A stretch of 64,000 nt of DNA from Octopus bimaculoides (lineage: Eukaryota), in NCBI RefSeq assembly GCF_001194135.2, contig NC_068985.1:40758573-40822572 (forward strand). Direction: 5' to 3'. This document shows positions 50,821-64,000 of this stretch, one piece after another. The notes beneath the pieces are model-generated. The model had not been told where the DNA came from. It did no database searches and was given only the letters and a program-made list of their open reading frames with translations. Both the position numbers and the translations under genes were made by a program. Every line of letters begins with the position of its first letter. Position 1 is the stretch's first letter.

Positions 50821-51721
50821 TTTTCTCCTCAAAAGCTTTAGAAATTACAAGATTTACTTATAAAATTCAAAAATTCTATCAGATACAAAAATGAAAATAA
50901 AATGAAATTTAAAAAGTAATTTCTTTCTTCTCCAAATTTCTATTATGAAACACAACTGTAAAAGGACAAAACTAAATACAGAAAGGTATTCAGTGCATTA
51001 CCTCACCATTTCTGCCAAACTCCACAATCATCCTTTTGTTTGTTTGTTCGTTTGTTTGTGTTTGTATGTGTGTGTGAGAGCATGCATGTGCAAGTATTGG
51101 TGCATATAGTACTAACATGTGATGTATATGAATGGTGTTTGTACTTCTTTAAGTATGTGTGTGTGTATGCGCATGCGTGTGCAGGTTGTGTGTCTGATTG
51201 TGCATTGTATATGAATATTTACATGAGTCTGCATATGCATGAGTATGTATAAGTGTGTGCATTCATGTGTGGATGAATACATGTGCATAATTGTGGGTAT
51301 GTATGCATGCAAATATTCATATATGTGTGTGTATGTGCATGGTACCATTTGCATGAACACATACAAGTGAGCATGCGTATGCATGTGTTAGTGCCAGTAC
51401 ATTTCCAGTAAAGTGCTTTTACCATCAACAACAACAAATGCATAAACATCATCAAGAGCGAAAAAAAAAGAAAGAAAACAAACTATTATGCACAGCTCAG
51501 TGATGATGTGTTTAAGAGTTGATGTTGCTTTCATTAGGTTAAAGAAAGAGTGAGAGAGAAAAAGCTAGTTAGATATAGATAGATAGATAAATAAAGGGAG
51601 AAAGAGAGAGAGAGGGAGAGAAAGAAAAGTAAGAAGAAGTAGAAAATAAAAGAAACTGCAGGTGTTAAGAAATAGTCAATTTGAAGAAATTTAGTGATGA
51701 AAACAACAATAATAATAATAT

Positions 51722-51785
<64 letters not shown>

Positions 51786-52570
51786 AACTAATTGCAACAA
51801 AAAGAACAAAATCCCTTGTTGCTACATTATAAAGAATGAGAATNNNNNNNNNNNNNNNNNNNNNNNNNNNNNNNNNNNNNNNNNNNNNNNNNNNNNNNNN
51901 NNNNNNNNNNNNNNNNNNNNNNNNNNNNNNNNNNNNNNNNNNNNNNNNNNNNNNNNNNNNNNNNNNNNNNNNNNNNNNNNNNNNNNNNNNNNNNNNNNNN
52001 NNNNNNNNNNNNNNNNNNNNNNNNNNNNNNNNNNNNNNNNNNNNNNNNNNNNNNNNNNNNNNNNNNNNNNNNNNNNNNNNNNNNNNNNNNNNNNNNNNNN
52101 NNNNNNNNNNNNNNNNNNNNNNNNNNNNNNNNNNNNNNNNNNNNNNNNNNNNNNNNNNNNNNNNNNNNNNNNNNNNNNNNNNNNNNNNNNNNNNNNNNNN
52201 NNNNNNNNNNNNNNNNNNNNNNNNNNNNNNNNNNNNNNNNNNNNNNNNNNNNNNNNNNNNNNNNNNNNNNNNNNNNNNNNNNNNNNNNNNNNNNNNNNNN
52301 NNNNNNNNNNNNNNNNNNNNNNNNNNNNNNNNNNNNNNNNNNNNNNNNNNNNNNNNNNNNNNNNNNNNNNNNNNNNNNNNNNNNNNNNNNNNNGAGAACA
52401 ACACTCCCCCACTTCTCCACTCCCACTGCCAAATGACTGAGGTTTTTGTACAGGTTGGAAGGAATGATGTGAAGAATTGATTTTTAAAAATTGATTTTAA
52501 TGGTTCCTCTACATTGGCACAAGGCTTGTTCAGGAACTGGGTATTTATATATACATGTACATACACATGT

Positions 52571-52950
52571 GGAGGCGCAATGGCCCAGTGGTTAGGGCAG
52601 CGGACTCGCGGTCGTAGGATCGCGGTTTCGACTCCCAGACCGGGCGTTGTGAGTGTTTATTGAGTGAAAACATGTAAAGTTCCACGAGGCTCTGGCAGGG
52701 GATAGTGGCGAACTCTGCTGTATTCTTTCACCACAACTTTCTCTCACTCTTTCTTCCAGTTTCTGTTGTACCTGTATTTCAAAGGGGCCAGCCTTGTCAC
52801 ACTTGGTGTCACACTGAATCTTTCTGAGGACTACGTTCAGGGTACACGTGTCTGTGGAGTGCTCAGTCACTTGCATGTTAATTTCATGAGCAGGCTGTTT
52901 CGTTGATCAGATCAACTGGAACCCTCGTCATCATAACTGACGGAGTGCCA
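52571..52950 (+). mobile_element. tRNA(Arg)-related SINE, near full length (octopus OR-type)
   Basis: A-box TGGCCCAGTGG (52581), B-box GGTTTCGACTCC (52624), tRNA-like head followed by a ~300-bp body. Confidence 0.85.
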
Positions 52951-52967
52951 CGATACATACACATTTA

Positions 52968-52999
<32 letters not shown>

Positions 53000-53134
53000 A
53001 AGGTGCATGGCTTAGTGGTTAAGGTATTCAGCTCATGATTGTAAGGTTGTGAGTTCAATTCCACATAACATGTAGTGTCCTTTAGCAAAACACTGTTTCA
53101 TGACGCTCCTGTCCACTCAGCTGGCAAAAATGAG

Positions 53135-53995
53135 GTGACAACATCAGGAAGTGATTCCAGATATGGAAGAAAGTAAAGTATTTTGGGGAGAACTTTGGAA
53201 GAAGCCAGTGAAACATGAAGAAAGTGTAGAGTGGCTAACACAGGTGAAAAGATGACTTGCAAGACAATAGGATGTCAGAATTGATCTGTATTCAGTGAGA
53301 GTGAAGTTAAAACGATAGCAAGTTGGAAAGGACCTGGTCTGGATGGAGTATAATGTTATTGGCTGGAGAATTTTACAGTTGCATGAAAGGATTGGTACAC
53401 ACCCTGATGAATGCCTGCAGAAGGGACATATCCCTCCCTGCCTAAATGACAAGTGGACAAACGTTATGTCCCAAGGATCCTTTGAAAGGTAAATTGGTAT
53501 CAGATTTTCAACCAATAACCTGTTTAATATTCATGCGGAAGCTTATGACAGGTGTCTTGGTGGAAAAGTTATATAATCATCTGGAAAGTAACAATTTACT
53601 TCCAGCAGAACAGAAAGGACACATGAAAGAAAGTAAGGAAACAAAAGCCCAGTTTATTAGTTGACAAAATGATAAGAAATTGTAGAGGCAGATTGACAGC
53701 ATTGAATGTAGCATGGTTGGTTTACAGCAAATCATATGACATGGTACTGCACAGTTGGTTAAGTAAATCAATAAGCATGTTTGGTGTGGCAGAAAATATG
53801 GAGGAAAATGGTTAATGAAAGTATGAAACATTGGAATACTGAATTGACTGGGGGAAAACAAAAACTTGGGAAAGTGAAAATCAGACATGATATATTTCAA
53901 GGTGATAGCATATCTCCGTTACTATTTGTATAGGCCATAATACCACTCAGTTTGGTATTATAAGAAGTTAAAATAATTTATAATTTGGGAAAATG
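53135..53995 (+). mobile_element. R4/Dong-clade non-LTR retrotransposon RT fragment
   Basis: EVIPDMEESKVFWGELW, WKGPGLDGV, FQPITCL, LLPAEQKG, AWLVYSKSYDMVLHSW and IFQGDSISPLLF, with stops and frameshifts. Confidence 0.85.
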
Positions 53996-54716
53996 AACAG
54001 CCCTTCGGCCGGTCAACTCCTGTTAAACCATCCAACTCATGCTAGCATGGAAAACAGATGTTGTATGATGATGATGATTNNNNNNNNNNNNNNNNNNNNN
54101 NNNNNNNNNNNNNNNNNNNNNNNNNNNNNNNNNNNNNNNNNNNNNNNNNNNNNNNNNNNNNNNNNNNNNNNNNNNNNNNNNNNNNNNNNNNNNNNNNNNN
54201 NNNNNNNNNNNNNNNNNNNNNNNNNNNNNNNNNNNNNNNNNNNNNNNNNNNNNNNNNNNNNNNNNNNNNNNNNNNNNNNNNNNNNNNNNNNNNNNNNNNN
54301 NNNNNNNNNNNNNNNNNNNNNNNNNNNNNNNNNNNNNNNNNNNNNNNNNNNNNNNNNNNNNNNNNNNNNNNNNNNNNNNNNNNNNNNNNNNNNNNNNNNN
54401 NNNNNNNNNNNNNNNNNNNNNNNNNNNNNNNNNNNNNNNNNNNNNNNNNNNNNNNNNNNNNNNNNNNNNNNNNNNNNNNNNNNNNNNNNNNNNNNNNNNN
54501 NNNNNNNNNNNNNNNNNNNNNNNNNNNNNNNNNNNNNNNNNNNNNNNNNNNNNNNNNNNNNNNNNNNNNNNNNNNNNNNNNNNNNNNNNNNNNNNNNNNN
54601 NNNNNNNNNNNNNNNNNNNNNNNNNNNNNNNNNNNNNNNNNNNNNNNNNNNNNNNNNNNNNNNNNNNNNNNNNNNNNNNNNNNNNNNNNNNNNNNNNNNN
54701 NNNNNNNNNNNNNNNG

Positions 54717-54985
54717 GCTTGCCGGGTCTTCTCACGCACAGCACATTTCCAAAGGTTTCGGTCAGTAGTCATCGCCTCGGTGAGGCCCAATGTACGAAGG
54801 TCTTGCCTCACCACCTCAGCCCAGGTCTTCCTGGGCCTACCTCTTCCACGGGTTCCCTCAACTGTTAGGGTGTGGCACTTTTTCACGCAGCTATCCTCCT
54901 CCATTCTCACCACATGTCCATACCAGCGCAATTGTCTCTCTTGCACACCACAACTGATGCTTCTAATGTTCAGCTTTTGTCTCAA
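54717..54985 (-). mobile_element. RTE LINE ORF2 3' end (relatively intact)
   Basis: VQERQLRWYGHVVRM...GTRGRGRPRKTW..V..DL...DRNLWK. Cut by an N gap. Confidence 0.9.
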
Positions 54986-55969
54986 GATACTATATGTATA
55001 TAGTGATTTGGAAACAGAGATCAAAAGATTAAGTACCAAGTTTTAAAAAGTACTGGGGTCAATTTGTTTGACTAAAATTCGTCAGGGTGGTGCCCCAGCA
55101 TGACACCACCCTCACAGTTTTGAGATTTTGAAGCTGTGATAGTTTATTTGAGAATGACATTGTAGGGTAGGTATGAGAAAACAGATCTGGCCAGTTTGAA
55201 CATATAACATGTAGAATATTTGGGCTGGATATGGCCTGTTTAAATACTAAAGTGTCAATGCTCACTCTTCCATACTTGCATGGGCCAGACAAAGTTTATT
55301 GAGGCAGATTTTCTATGGCTGACTGCCCTTCCTATCACCAACCCTTACCTGTTTCCAAGCAAAGTAATATTTCTCCATGGCCAGACATGTTTTTGCAGTA
55401 TATTAGAAATAAATGACATTCACATACAACAATCATGTGATGCCAAGACAAGGGGACATAAACATTCTCACTCACTCACTCACTCACACACTCACTCACA
55501 CACTCACACACACACTCACACACACAATCACACTCACACACACACACACACACACACACAGAGTCTGTCAGGCATTGCCCTCTTCTGCCAATTTAAATGT
55601 TATTGGAATGAAGCACTGTTGTTATCTGCAAATGTTTGTTCAGCTGCTGCTGGAGGGGGAGGGTGTTGTCTTGAAATAGTGTTGGTCATGTTCAGTCTGA
55701 GCCATTTTTTTTACTTTATTACTATGGATGGTCCAACTTGGGGCATTAGTATCAGATTCTTGATGGCATTGCTCTCAGAGTCATTGAATCAAGCAAGCCC
55801 ACAACCATCAGAGTGTACACACATACATAATGTTTCTAACGAGCAAGACAAAAAGTACACAATACATGGTACAGAGTATAATTACATTTATTTGGCTGAT
55901 GCTGGCTCCTGTTATTTTAAGTTTCACATGAATGTGAAAGTAAAATAATGGCAAGTGCCATCAGTTGAA

Positions 55970-56008
<39 letters not shown>

Positions 56009-56689
56009 ATGTTTGGGGTCTATATACAAGAAATTCAAATTCTATTTAAACAAAAAGTTAAATACAACATAAAAATTGAAAGGAAAGTAACAAAACTGTC
56101 AGCACCCATCTCTAACACAACCAGAAAAACAACAACTACAACAGGAGTAACAACAACAACAACAACAACAACAAAGATCTGAAATCAATAGTGAAAAAAG
56201 GTATTGATTTCTCCCTCCCACCCTCACCTCCATCAATTTAATTGTTGTTGTTGTTAGCAGCTTCAAAGATGCAACTTTACTAATTATCAGGAGAGAAGAG
56301 GAGTTGTAGGGGGGAAGAAAGAAATGTTTAAGTGAGTTGTTTGCTGGTTGTGGTGGCAGTAGTAACCTTGTTGATGGTGATGATGATGATGATGGTGGTG
56401 ACAGTAGTGGGACAATGGTAGGATGATAGTGACGGTGGGGTGTGATGGAACAGAGGTGGTGAAGTGATGGTGATGGTAGAGTGTCGGTAGTGCAGGCAGA
56501 AGTAGCAGTTGAAGAGGCTAGGTTTGTTGTTGTTTATGTTTTTAGGGGTGACATGATTGAGTTTGCAATGGTATTGTTTTGTGGTGGTGGTGGTGGTGGC
56601 GGTGATAGAAGCAAAATGATATTGCTGTTATAGCTGTTGCTTTGAAGAGTGAAGATGGTTACTCTTGTTTGGATTGTAGGTGTGTTGCA

Positions 56690-57110
56690 GTTTGGAAGTT
56701 GCTAATTTTGTTGTTGATAAAGGTTGCTAATTCTGTGCTGGTGTTTGGAGGTTGTGATCGTTATTGGAGGTTGCTAATTCTATGCTGTTGTTTGGAGGTT
56801 GTGATCGTTATTGGAGGTTGCTATTCTTGTTGTTGTTGGGTGCTAATTCTGTTACTGAAATTGTTGTAGGCTGCTAATTCTGTTGTCGCAGGATGTTAAT
56901 TCGGTTGCTATTGTTTAGCAGTTGCTAATTGTTGTTTGGAGGTTGCCATTTCTTTTGTTATTGCTTAGAGGTTGCTAATTCAGTTGTTATTGTTATAGGT
57001 TGCTAATCCTTTTGTTGCTGTTGAAGGTTGCTAATTCTCTTGTGGTTTTGAAGGCTGTTAATTCTGCTGTTGTTGACTGAAGATTATTAATTTTGTTGTT
57101 GTTTGAAGTC
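56690..57110. repeat. Degenerate ~22-28-bp repeat built on GGTTGCTAATTC
   Basis: More than ten recurrences of (g)gttgctaattc-like motif separated by GT-rich linkers. Confidence 0.75.
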
Positions 57111-57660
57111 TATAAATTCTACCATTTTCTCCTTATCTAAACGTTGTTATTGTTACAGAGAGGCTGTTATCGTTATTCATATATGAAGGCTGTTATTTTT
57201 TATCCCTATTGTTATCAACATACAGGAGTCTATTAATTCAATTGCTGATGTTGATTAATCATTATCATTACTATTATCATATAAAAGCAAATGAAAAATG
57301 ATGAAGATGTTTGTTGCTGTTGTTGCAGGAGATTGCTAATCCATTTGTTTTTGTTGTTGTAACTGCTGCTGTCAATGTTCTGATATTTTCTCTTTAGGTT
57401 AGTTTTTTTTCTTTCATCAGTTGATAATGGTATAGCTTAATTTTAGGTTGCTGCTGTTTCTTTTCTTGAAGTATTGATGTGTGTGTGTGTATGCATTCTA
57501 TCACTGACATACATAGATGAATACATACATGTGTAAACATTTACATATATGTATACATGAACTGTAGCTGTTTCATGGATGCTTCTAACCTATAATAACA
57601 TGGAGGAATGCATGTGAAAATGATAAAGATAACAATTTTATATACAAAACACATACACAC

Positions 57661-57691
<31 letters not shown>

Positions 57692-57847
57692 TGTAGATCT
57701 ATAAACAAGCATACACAGGCATATATAAATGAAAATATACAATAATATACTCCTCTTATATATGTCTACATACAAAAAATGTGTGTATATATATATCCAA
57801 AGTATTTAGGTAGACACACACACACACATATGCCCACACTCACAGAC

Positions 57848-57878
<31 letters not shown>

Positions 57879-57888
57879 NNNNNNNNNN

Positions 57889-57921
<33 letters not shown>

Positions 57922-58554
57922 GTATATGAGTGGGCATGTGTATGTGTGCGTTTATCCAAATACATAAGATTAATATGCTTGTATATTTTATTCTTACTGG
58001 TCATGTAACCATCACATAATCTCCTACCTCATTACATACTCCAAAACCCTATCATTATTATGGATACTTATTTTTCTGAAATTTCACCTGCACCTCGTAA
58101 AAAATAAAGTAAAAACAAAGAATATTATAATAATAAAACTTGGTTTTGATAATATTGGTTTCTCACCTAAGCACAAGGTCTCCCTTCTTTTTAATTTTAG
58201 GGAGAAGCAGGCCTCCCTTCTTTTTTTTTAGGGAGAAGGCAGGGAGAACATGGTTTGTAAAAATGATCCCAGTTATGATGACTGCTTCTTATATTATTTA
58301 TCAAGGGAAGGTGCAAAGCAAAGTGAAATTTTGGTGGGATTGGGAGGCCTTGCATCTTTTTCATAAATCTTTATTGTAGAAACCAACTTTTTTGTCATGT
58401 TTAATGAGAAAAGCAGATATGGAAGGCAGCTGTATGACTAACTATATTGCAGTATTATGTTTCTCTCTGGCCTGAGTTCACATCTTATGAGGGATAAGTT
58501 TTGCCTGTCCCTCTTTGTGGTGGTTAGGCAGTGTTTAAGAAGTAAATACCAGTA

Positions 58555-58845
58555 AATATTGGAGCTGGCACCACGTAAAATGCACTGGTGCTGGTGCCAC
58601 ATAAAAAGCACAGATGCTGGTGCCATGTAAAAAGCACAGATGCTGGTGCCATGTAAAAAGCACCGGTGATGGTGTCACGTAAAAAGCATCCAGTACACTT
58701 TGTAAAGTGGCTGATGTCAGGAAGAGTCTCCAGCGGTAGACATTAAACTAAAAACACTATGGAACTTGGTGTAGATCCTGGCCTTGCCAGTTCCTGTCAA
58801 GCTATCCAACCTATGCCAACATGGAAAACGATATTAAATGAAATG
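58555..58845 (+). mobile_element. RTE-type 3' UTR/tail with 26-bp tandem repeats
   Basis: tgctggtgccatgtaaaaagcacaga-type units in tandem, followed by ...ccaacctatgccaacatggaaaacg..taaatga tail. Confidence 0.8.
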
Positions 58846-59252
58846 TTGAATGTACTAAGTCTGATGCAATTGATTAAATTCCAAATACAAAATCTAGCTT
58901 TGTACCAGTGCTTTGACAAAATGCATTGCAGTATTTGTTCCACCTCTTTAAATTTTGAGTTCAAATTTCACGGAGGTAAAATTTGCCTTTCATCCCTCCA
59001 AAGTTGATGAAATACCAATCAAGTACAGTCAACACTGGGCCTAATTTCATCAACTAACTGCCTCTCCTCAATAACATTGGCCTTGTGCCTAAGTTAGAAA
59101 CAATCATTGTCTTTTGATAAAAGAATCTATAAGACAAATCTATTTCACCATTCTCAGAATAATAAGTTAGTAAAATTGTGAACTTGAGAATAAAACAAAT
59201 GCAACACCCACATATTAATAACAGAACTGAACACAGCAAAATGAGTATTACA

Positions 59253-59283
<31 letters not shown>

Positions 59284-62200
59284 AGTCAGCTCACAACACC
59301 ATTTCTCTGAAGAAAGGGTCCTAATCCTGAAATATTGAAATACAAGGTAAAAGCATATGGCCTAGTGGTAAGGTATCAGACTTATGATCATAAGGTCATA
59401 AGTTCAATTCCTGGACCAGGCACTTCAATCCACATTGCTCCAGTCTATTCAAATGAAAATAAGTACTTAGTGTTAAAAGTAACATAACAATGCTTATGTG
59501 TTTTTAATGAATCAACCAGGATACAAGTGTTTTGGTGTCACCAAGTGCAACTCAACATGTAGATAATGTATCCCTAGAAAGTCTAGTATGGGCACAGATA
59601 TGGTTGTGTTGATTAACTTCACTTTGCAATTATGTGTTTCTGGATCTAATCCCACAGCAATGCATATTGGAAAAGTGTATTCTTCTATAGAGTTAGATTG
59701 ACCAATATCTTCTGAGTGGAATTTAGTAGATGGAAACTGGGTGCAAGTCTGTCATCTGTGTGTATACAGGCAAGAATTGCTGATAATTAGTCAATTAGTC
59801 TAGCAAACAAAAAGTATTTACTCTGTTATGTGCTTTTATGATGAAGGAGAACATAGCTATTACATAAATTGAGAACGAGTAAAGTACCAGAAAAAGTATT
59901 GGAGTCAATAATCACTAAAACATTTGAAAGTGGTGTCCCAACATGGCCATAATCCAAAGACAGAAACATAAAAGAAATGCAGTGAATATGGAAATAATTG
60001 TCTCAGAAGCAAGAATTCTGTTATTGCAGTGAATACTTAACAGCAGATGACTTCAAAATGGTAAAGCTTGGTTAAATTTTGCCTCATTAAATTAAATTAA
60101 ATAGCTAAAATGGTTTTGTATCAAAATTTAAACTTTGGAACAGTAGGACTTGCTATGTAGCCTGTCTTTTACCCTTCTCCCTGTGATCCTGCATAGTGGC
60201 TGGATTTTCATGTAAAGTCTGAAAAACAGCTACAGAGAGAAAGGCCCAGAGAAATTTAGCACAATATTTTTTTGTTGGAAATGGAGCTGACATGACAAGT
60301 AAATCTGAAGACTATAATTAGTTTTAATTTTCATTTGTTGCTCTTTATTAAAATTTTTGAGTAGTAGCGATAGAAGTTGAATGCAAGTAGCCTACTTGTT
60401 TGAAAATATAAGCTACATGTGTGGAGAATTTAGCTCACATGTATCAGGAACTTGGTCCATATGTACAACAAATGTGGACCACACAGTGAAAAAAATATAA
60501 AACCTTGCATATGGAGAATTTTAGCCCAGGTGTCTGGAAACTAAGTTACATGTGTGAAAAATGTAGCTTGAATCCAGTTGATTTGTTGCTGTTGGTTAGC
60601 TGAGTCAAAATATTTTTTTTTTCGTCTAACTGCTTTTCCAAAATTAGAGAATGACAAAACATATGGTAATATGCACTCAAAAACACCAAACACACACAAA
60701 TATGCATAGACAAGTTATGTACTCACACATGAATACACACCCTTCATGCACATGTGCAGAGGCCAACACAAACATATGTACATAGGTTTCAAAAGATATT
60801 CAGATAGATATGGAAGAAAAGAAAAGAAAAATTATGGAAGTTGAGGAAAAGGAGGAGCAAGAGGAACAAGATGATGATGTAGACAGTGATGAAAACTAAA
60901 AAGAAGAAATAAATATGAAGAAGCAATAGTTCCAATTTCTCACATTGGCATAAGTCCAATAAATTCATAGGGAACATGATTATAGTTAACTAAGACTGAT
61001 AGTTAAGTGTAGGTTAGCATAATGTAAGTGAAAAAACATGTTTTAATAAATTAGAAATACACTTGTAATAAGGCGTAGAATAAACATTAGCTTATGATTA
61101 ATTCTGGTCAATGAAAGAAAGGGAGATAACTGAAATTTAAATTAATTTAAAATTGACTGGGCTTGTGCCATTAAGTATGTTAATTCCATCACGATTAACT
61201 ATTTGCTTCACATGCAGAAGGTGTGTGCCTCTGTGTAATTCCCTCAACCAATCCGTCCGCAAGTCCTTCTGATTAAAACTGAGCATTGTTGGATAACAAG
61301 TCCTGAACAGATGAAGTTCAAGGTTGACACCAGTGAGATATGAACTCAAAACTTTAAGGGTGGGTTACTAAATACTACAAGGTATTTATGTTGACCCTTT
61401 ACTGTTTCAGCTCCTCCTCCTCACCACTACCACAGCCATTTTAATGCTTATTGCTGTTGTTTACTCCTAGATCAGCCAATGATCATATAAGTCTATGGTC
61501 AAAGGCTTTGCCTATTTGGTCTTTTATCCATTCTTAGTGTATCCCAAACTATATAATCAAACATGTCCTTTTTGAAAAGGACATGATGTGATTTGAGAAT
61601 AATTTGGTTGCTATTTCCAGTAGGGACTTAATTTAAGGCTGGGAGGTCTATCACTCCTCTCCTGCCCCTCATTCTGGATTGTGGTGGACAGATTTGCTAC
61701 CACAAAAGTAATTTCATTCTCTTATCTCATCTGAGGCTCAGCATCCTGATATCTGATAACCTCACTTCTTCATACATAGTTTCCTTTTTATTTTTAGGAA
61801 GAAGGAAAGGGAAGTGTCCCTGAACTTTGAGGTCCATCCAGAGACTGACAATATTGATACAACTGATGTTTAGTTTGAATATCTGAGTGGATTCTGCAGG
61901 TAAGATGGGGACAGGAGAAATGATTAGGAGAAAGGGTTAGCACTGGGCTTGAAGAGGTTAGGTGGAAGTGGTATCTAACTAGCTAGTTCTAAGGAGTAGA
62001 AACTATTATGACAGTAGCTATACACAATAGTTCTGCACAGTAATTTTCCATTGACAGCCTTTAATGTTTTAGCCCAGCACACATCATCATCCATTCATAT
62101 TTAGTCCAGTGCTCTGCTTGCTGATTCTGAAAACTAATGATAGCAACAACAGTAATTCTTTCAATGAGAACAGACAGATAGCTGTAATTACAGTGTTAAT

Positions 62201-64000
62201 GTGTGTTAGAGACAGAGTTAGTGGATAAGAGCATTACTATCATTATTTTATAAATATAGCTTCCTAGTTTGAATCCAGTCTGGTACTGCATGCATTTCCA
62301 GGAATAAGATGACAATTGGAGATTAAATTGATTGAAACTTAGTGTAGTGTAAACATTAATAAAGAAAATGTTTCGTCTCTAAAGGTAAAATAAATATTAA
62401 AAAAATTATAATCATGTTATTAATCATTCATGTTGTTCTATACTGAAACCTTCCTTTAAATACTGGAGTCTCCTTACAACCCTCATATTCACTGTGTACC
62501 AGTTTAGATGACTGGGGAGTTAAAAAATTACAAAGCTTTCTGTCTTTGATGTCTTAATCCATTTATTACTATGTTTTTATTGAAATTATCATCATCATCA
62601 TTTAACGTCCATGTTCCATGATTTGACATGAGCTGGCAAGCCAGAAAGCTGCATCAGATTCCCATTGTATGTTTTGGCATGGTTTCTATAGTTAGATGCT
62701 CTTTCTAACATCAACTACATTACAAAATGTACTGGGTGCTTTTTACATGGAGCCAGCATAAGAAATTTTTATGTGACATCATCATGGGTGCTTTTTTTTT
62801 TTTAATGTGGCACTGGCACATTGCTTATGTGTTACAATTAATTTTGAAAATAAAACTTTAGATGGGTGAAAGGGTTTGAGCTCAGAACATAAAGGGTCAT
62901 AAAATTCTGCAAGACGTTTTGTGTGATGCTCTATCGATTCTACCAATCCATCATCCTTAACAATAATAAGTGTGTTCAAATCTGGTCAAGGTCAACTTTA
63001 CCTTTTAGTGGTTGATATATAAAATACCATTCACTGTTGAGGTAAACTCTATCTTGACCCAACTCTCAGAATTGGTTATACTGCACTGTAAAAGAATTGT
63101 GTGGGGATCACTCAGTGTCTGCTTCTTCCAAAATTGGAAGTAGTGTTTAGCTAGAGTCTAGCAACCACTTTTCATCTGGCAAGCTACAAAAGCCATCCAA
63201 AGAAACCATAGAATTTGGTAGGTGTGGATGGACCAATGTCTGATACAGCATGGAATGGTTAAAAACAAGAACAAATAAATAAACAAATATGTTATTATTT
63301 ATCCAATTCTAGGGAATGCCTTCTGAAACCTTTCAATTATCTATCTCCCTCAGCATCATAAATTCTATTCCCTACTCCCTTATATTTCCACCGAAACACC
63401 TAGTCAGCATAAAATAAACAATTAGAGGTGAATTTATTATCAAGGTTTTGCATTACAGAATTAATAGTTAATTTTCAAGCATGATATGTTTAACTCTTTA
63501 ACATGTTAAGATTACCTTCAGGGAGTAAATTTATTTCTGGTTGAGAATCCCAACTCTATTTGCAAACCCACACATCACATGCTCAACACAAAATCATCAC
63601 CTGACACTAAAGAAAACGCATAACACAACCTGATTCTAAAACATAATAAGGCCAATTCACACAACACATTCTGTGCAATCACATTCCAACACTGAAACAC
63701 ATTAACATATATGAAACACAATCACCATTCAATAAAACAATACAATGCAGATAGCACATTTTATACAACAGACAAATACTGAAGTAGCACCAGAAACAGT
63801 AATACAAACCCTGACAACAAACTAAAAGAAATGTAGGATACCAAAAACAATTCTATTTTCTCTCCCAAAATGAAGTAGCATTCACCTCAAGAAACTTTCT
63901 ATTTTTTTGCACATTATGGTATAGATTAAGGAAGAGACCACATGATGGTTTTATCTTTGTTGTCTTATCTTTGATTTTGTTGCTATCCATGACAACAGAC

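Noticed and set aside
52820-52860. CTGAGGA...ACACGTGTC in the tRNA-Arg SINE resembling a hammerhead
   Set aside because: No GAAA and no stem I or II pairing.
5039-54868. Long ORFs containing X runs (e.g. 5039-5676, 13583-14318, 33575-34588, 46321-47131, 49029-49925, 51691-52566, 53993-55039)
   Set aside because: They are open only because they cross N gaps. The flanking residues are microsatellite translations or transposon pieces.
60030-60060. 31-nt exon-like segment (EYLTADDFKM)
   Set aside because: Weak acceptor and donor (GTAAAG), and no linked exons.

Overview
AT-rich, microsatellite- and gap-rich animal genomic DNA. The SINE, RTE-tail and MITE families look like those of Octopus (inference from recalled repeat families, no search run). 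One spliced + strand gene can be reconstructed from exons at 2434-2605, 6276-6371, 9777-9833, 10310-10393 and 11914-12117. It encodes a ~201-aa coiled-coil protein ending in one C2H2 zinc finger, and a 40-nt candidate cassette exon (10556-10595) would remove the finger by frameshift. The rest is mostly decayed transposons: Helitron, hAT and piggyBac-like MITEs, Tc1, CR1/L2-like, RTE, R4/Dong, two Penelope-like (PLE) RT/GIY-YIG fossils, and tRNA-derived SINEs. The most notable signal is a cluster of ORF-less, minimal type-I hammerhead-ribozyme motifs between 7 and 17 kb. Each sits in a partial tandem duplication of ~300-380 bp and/or a fold-back inverted repeat. The best case is a 279-bp, 97%-identical palindrome with an intact-looking hammerhead in each arm and a spacer copied from nearby DNA. 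This is the architecture expected of PLE-mobilised retrozyme-like or solo pLTR elements. Many supplied ORFs are artefacts of N gaps or microsatellites.
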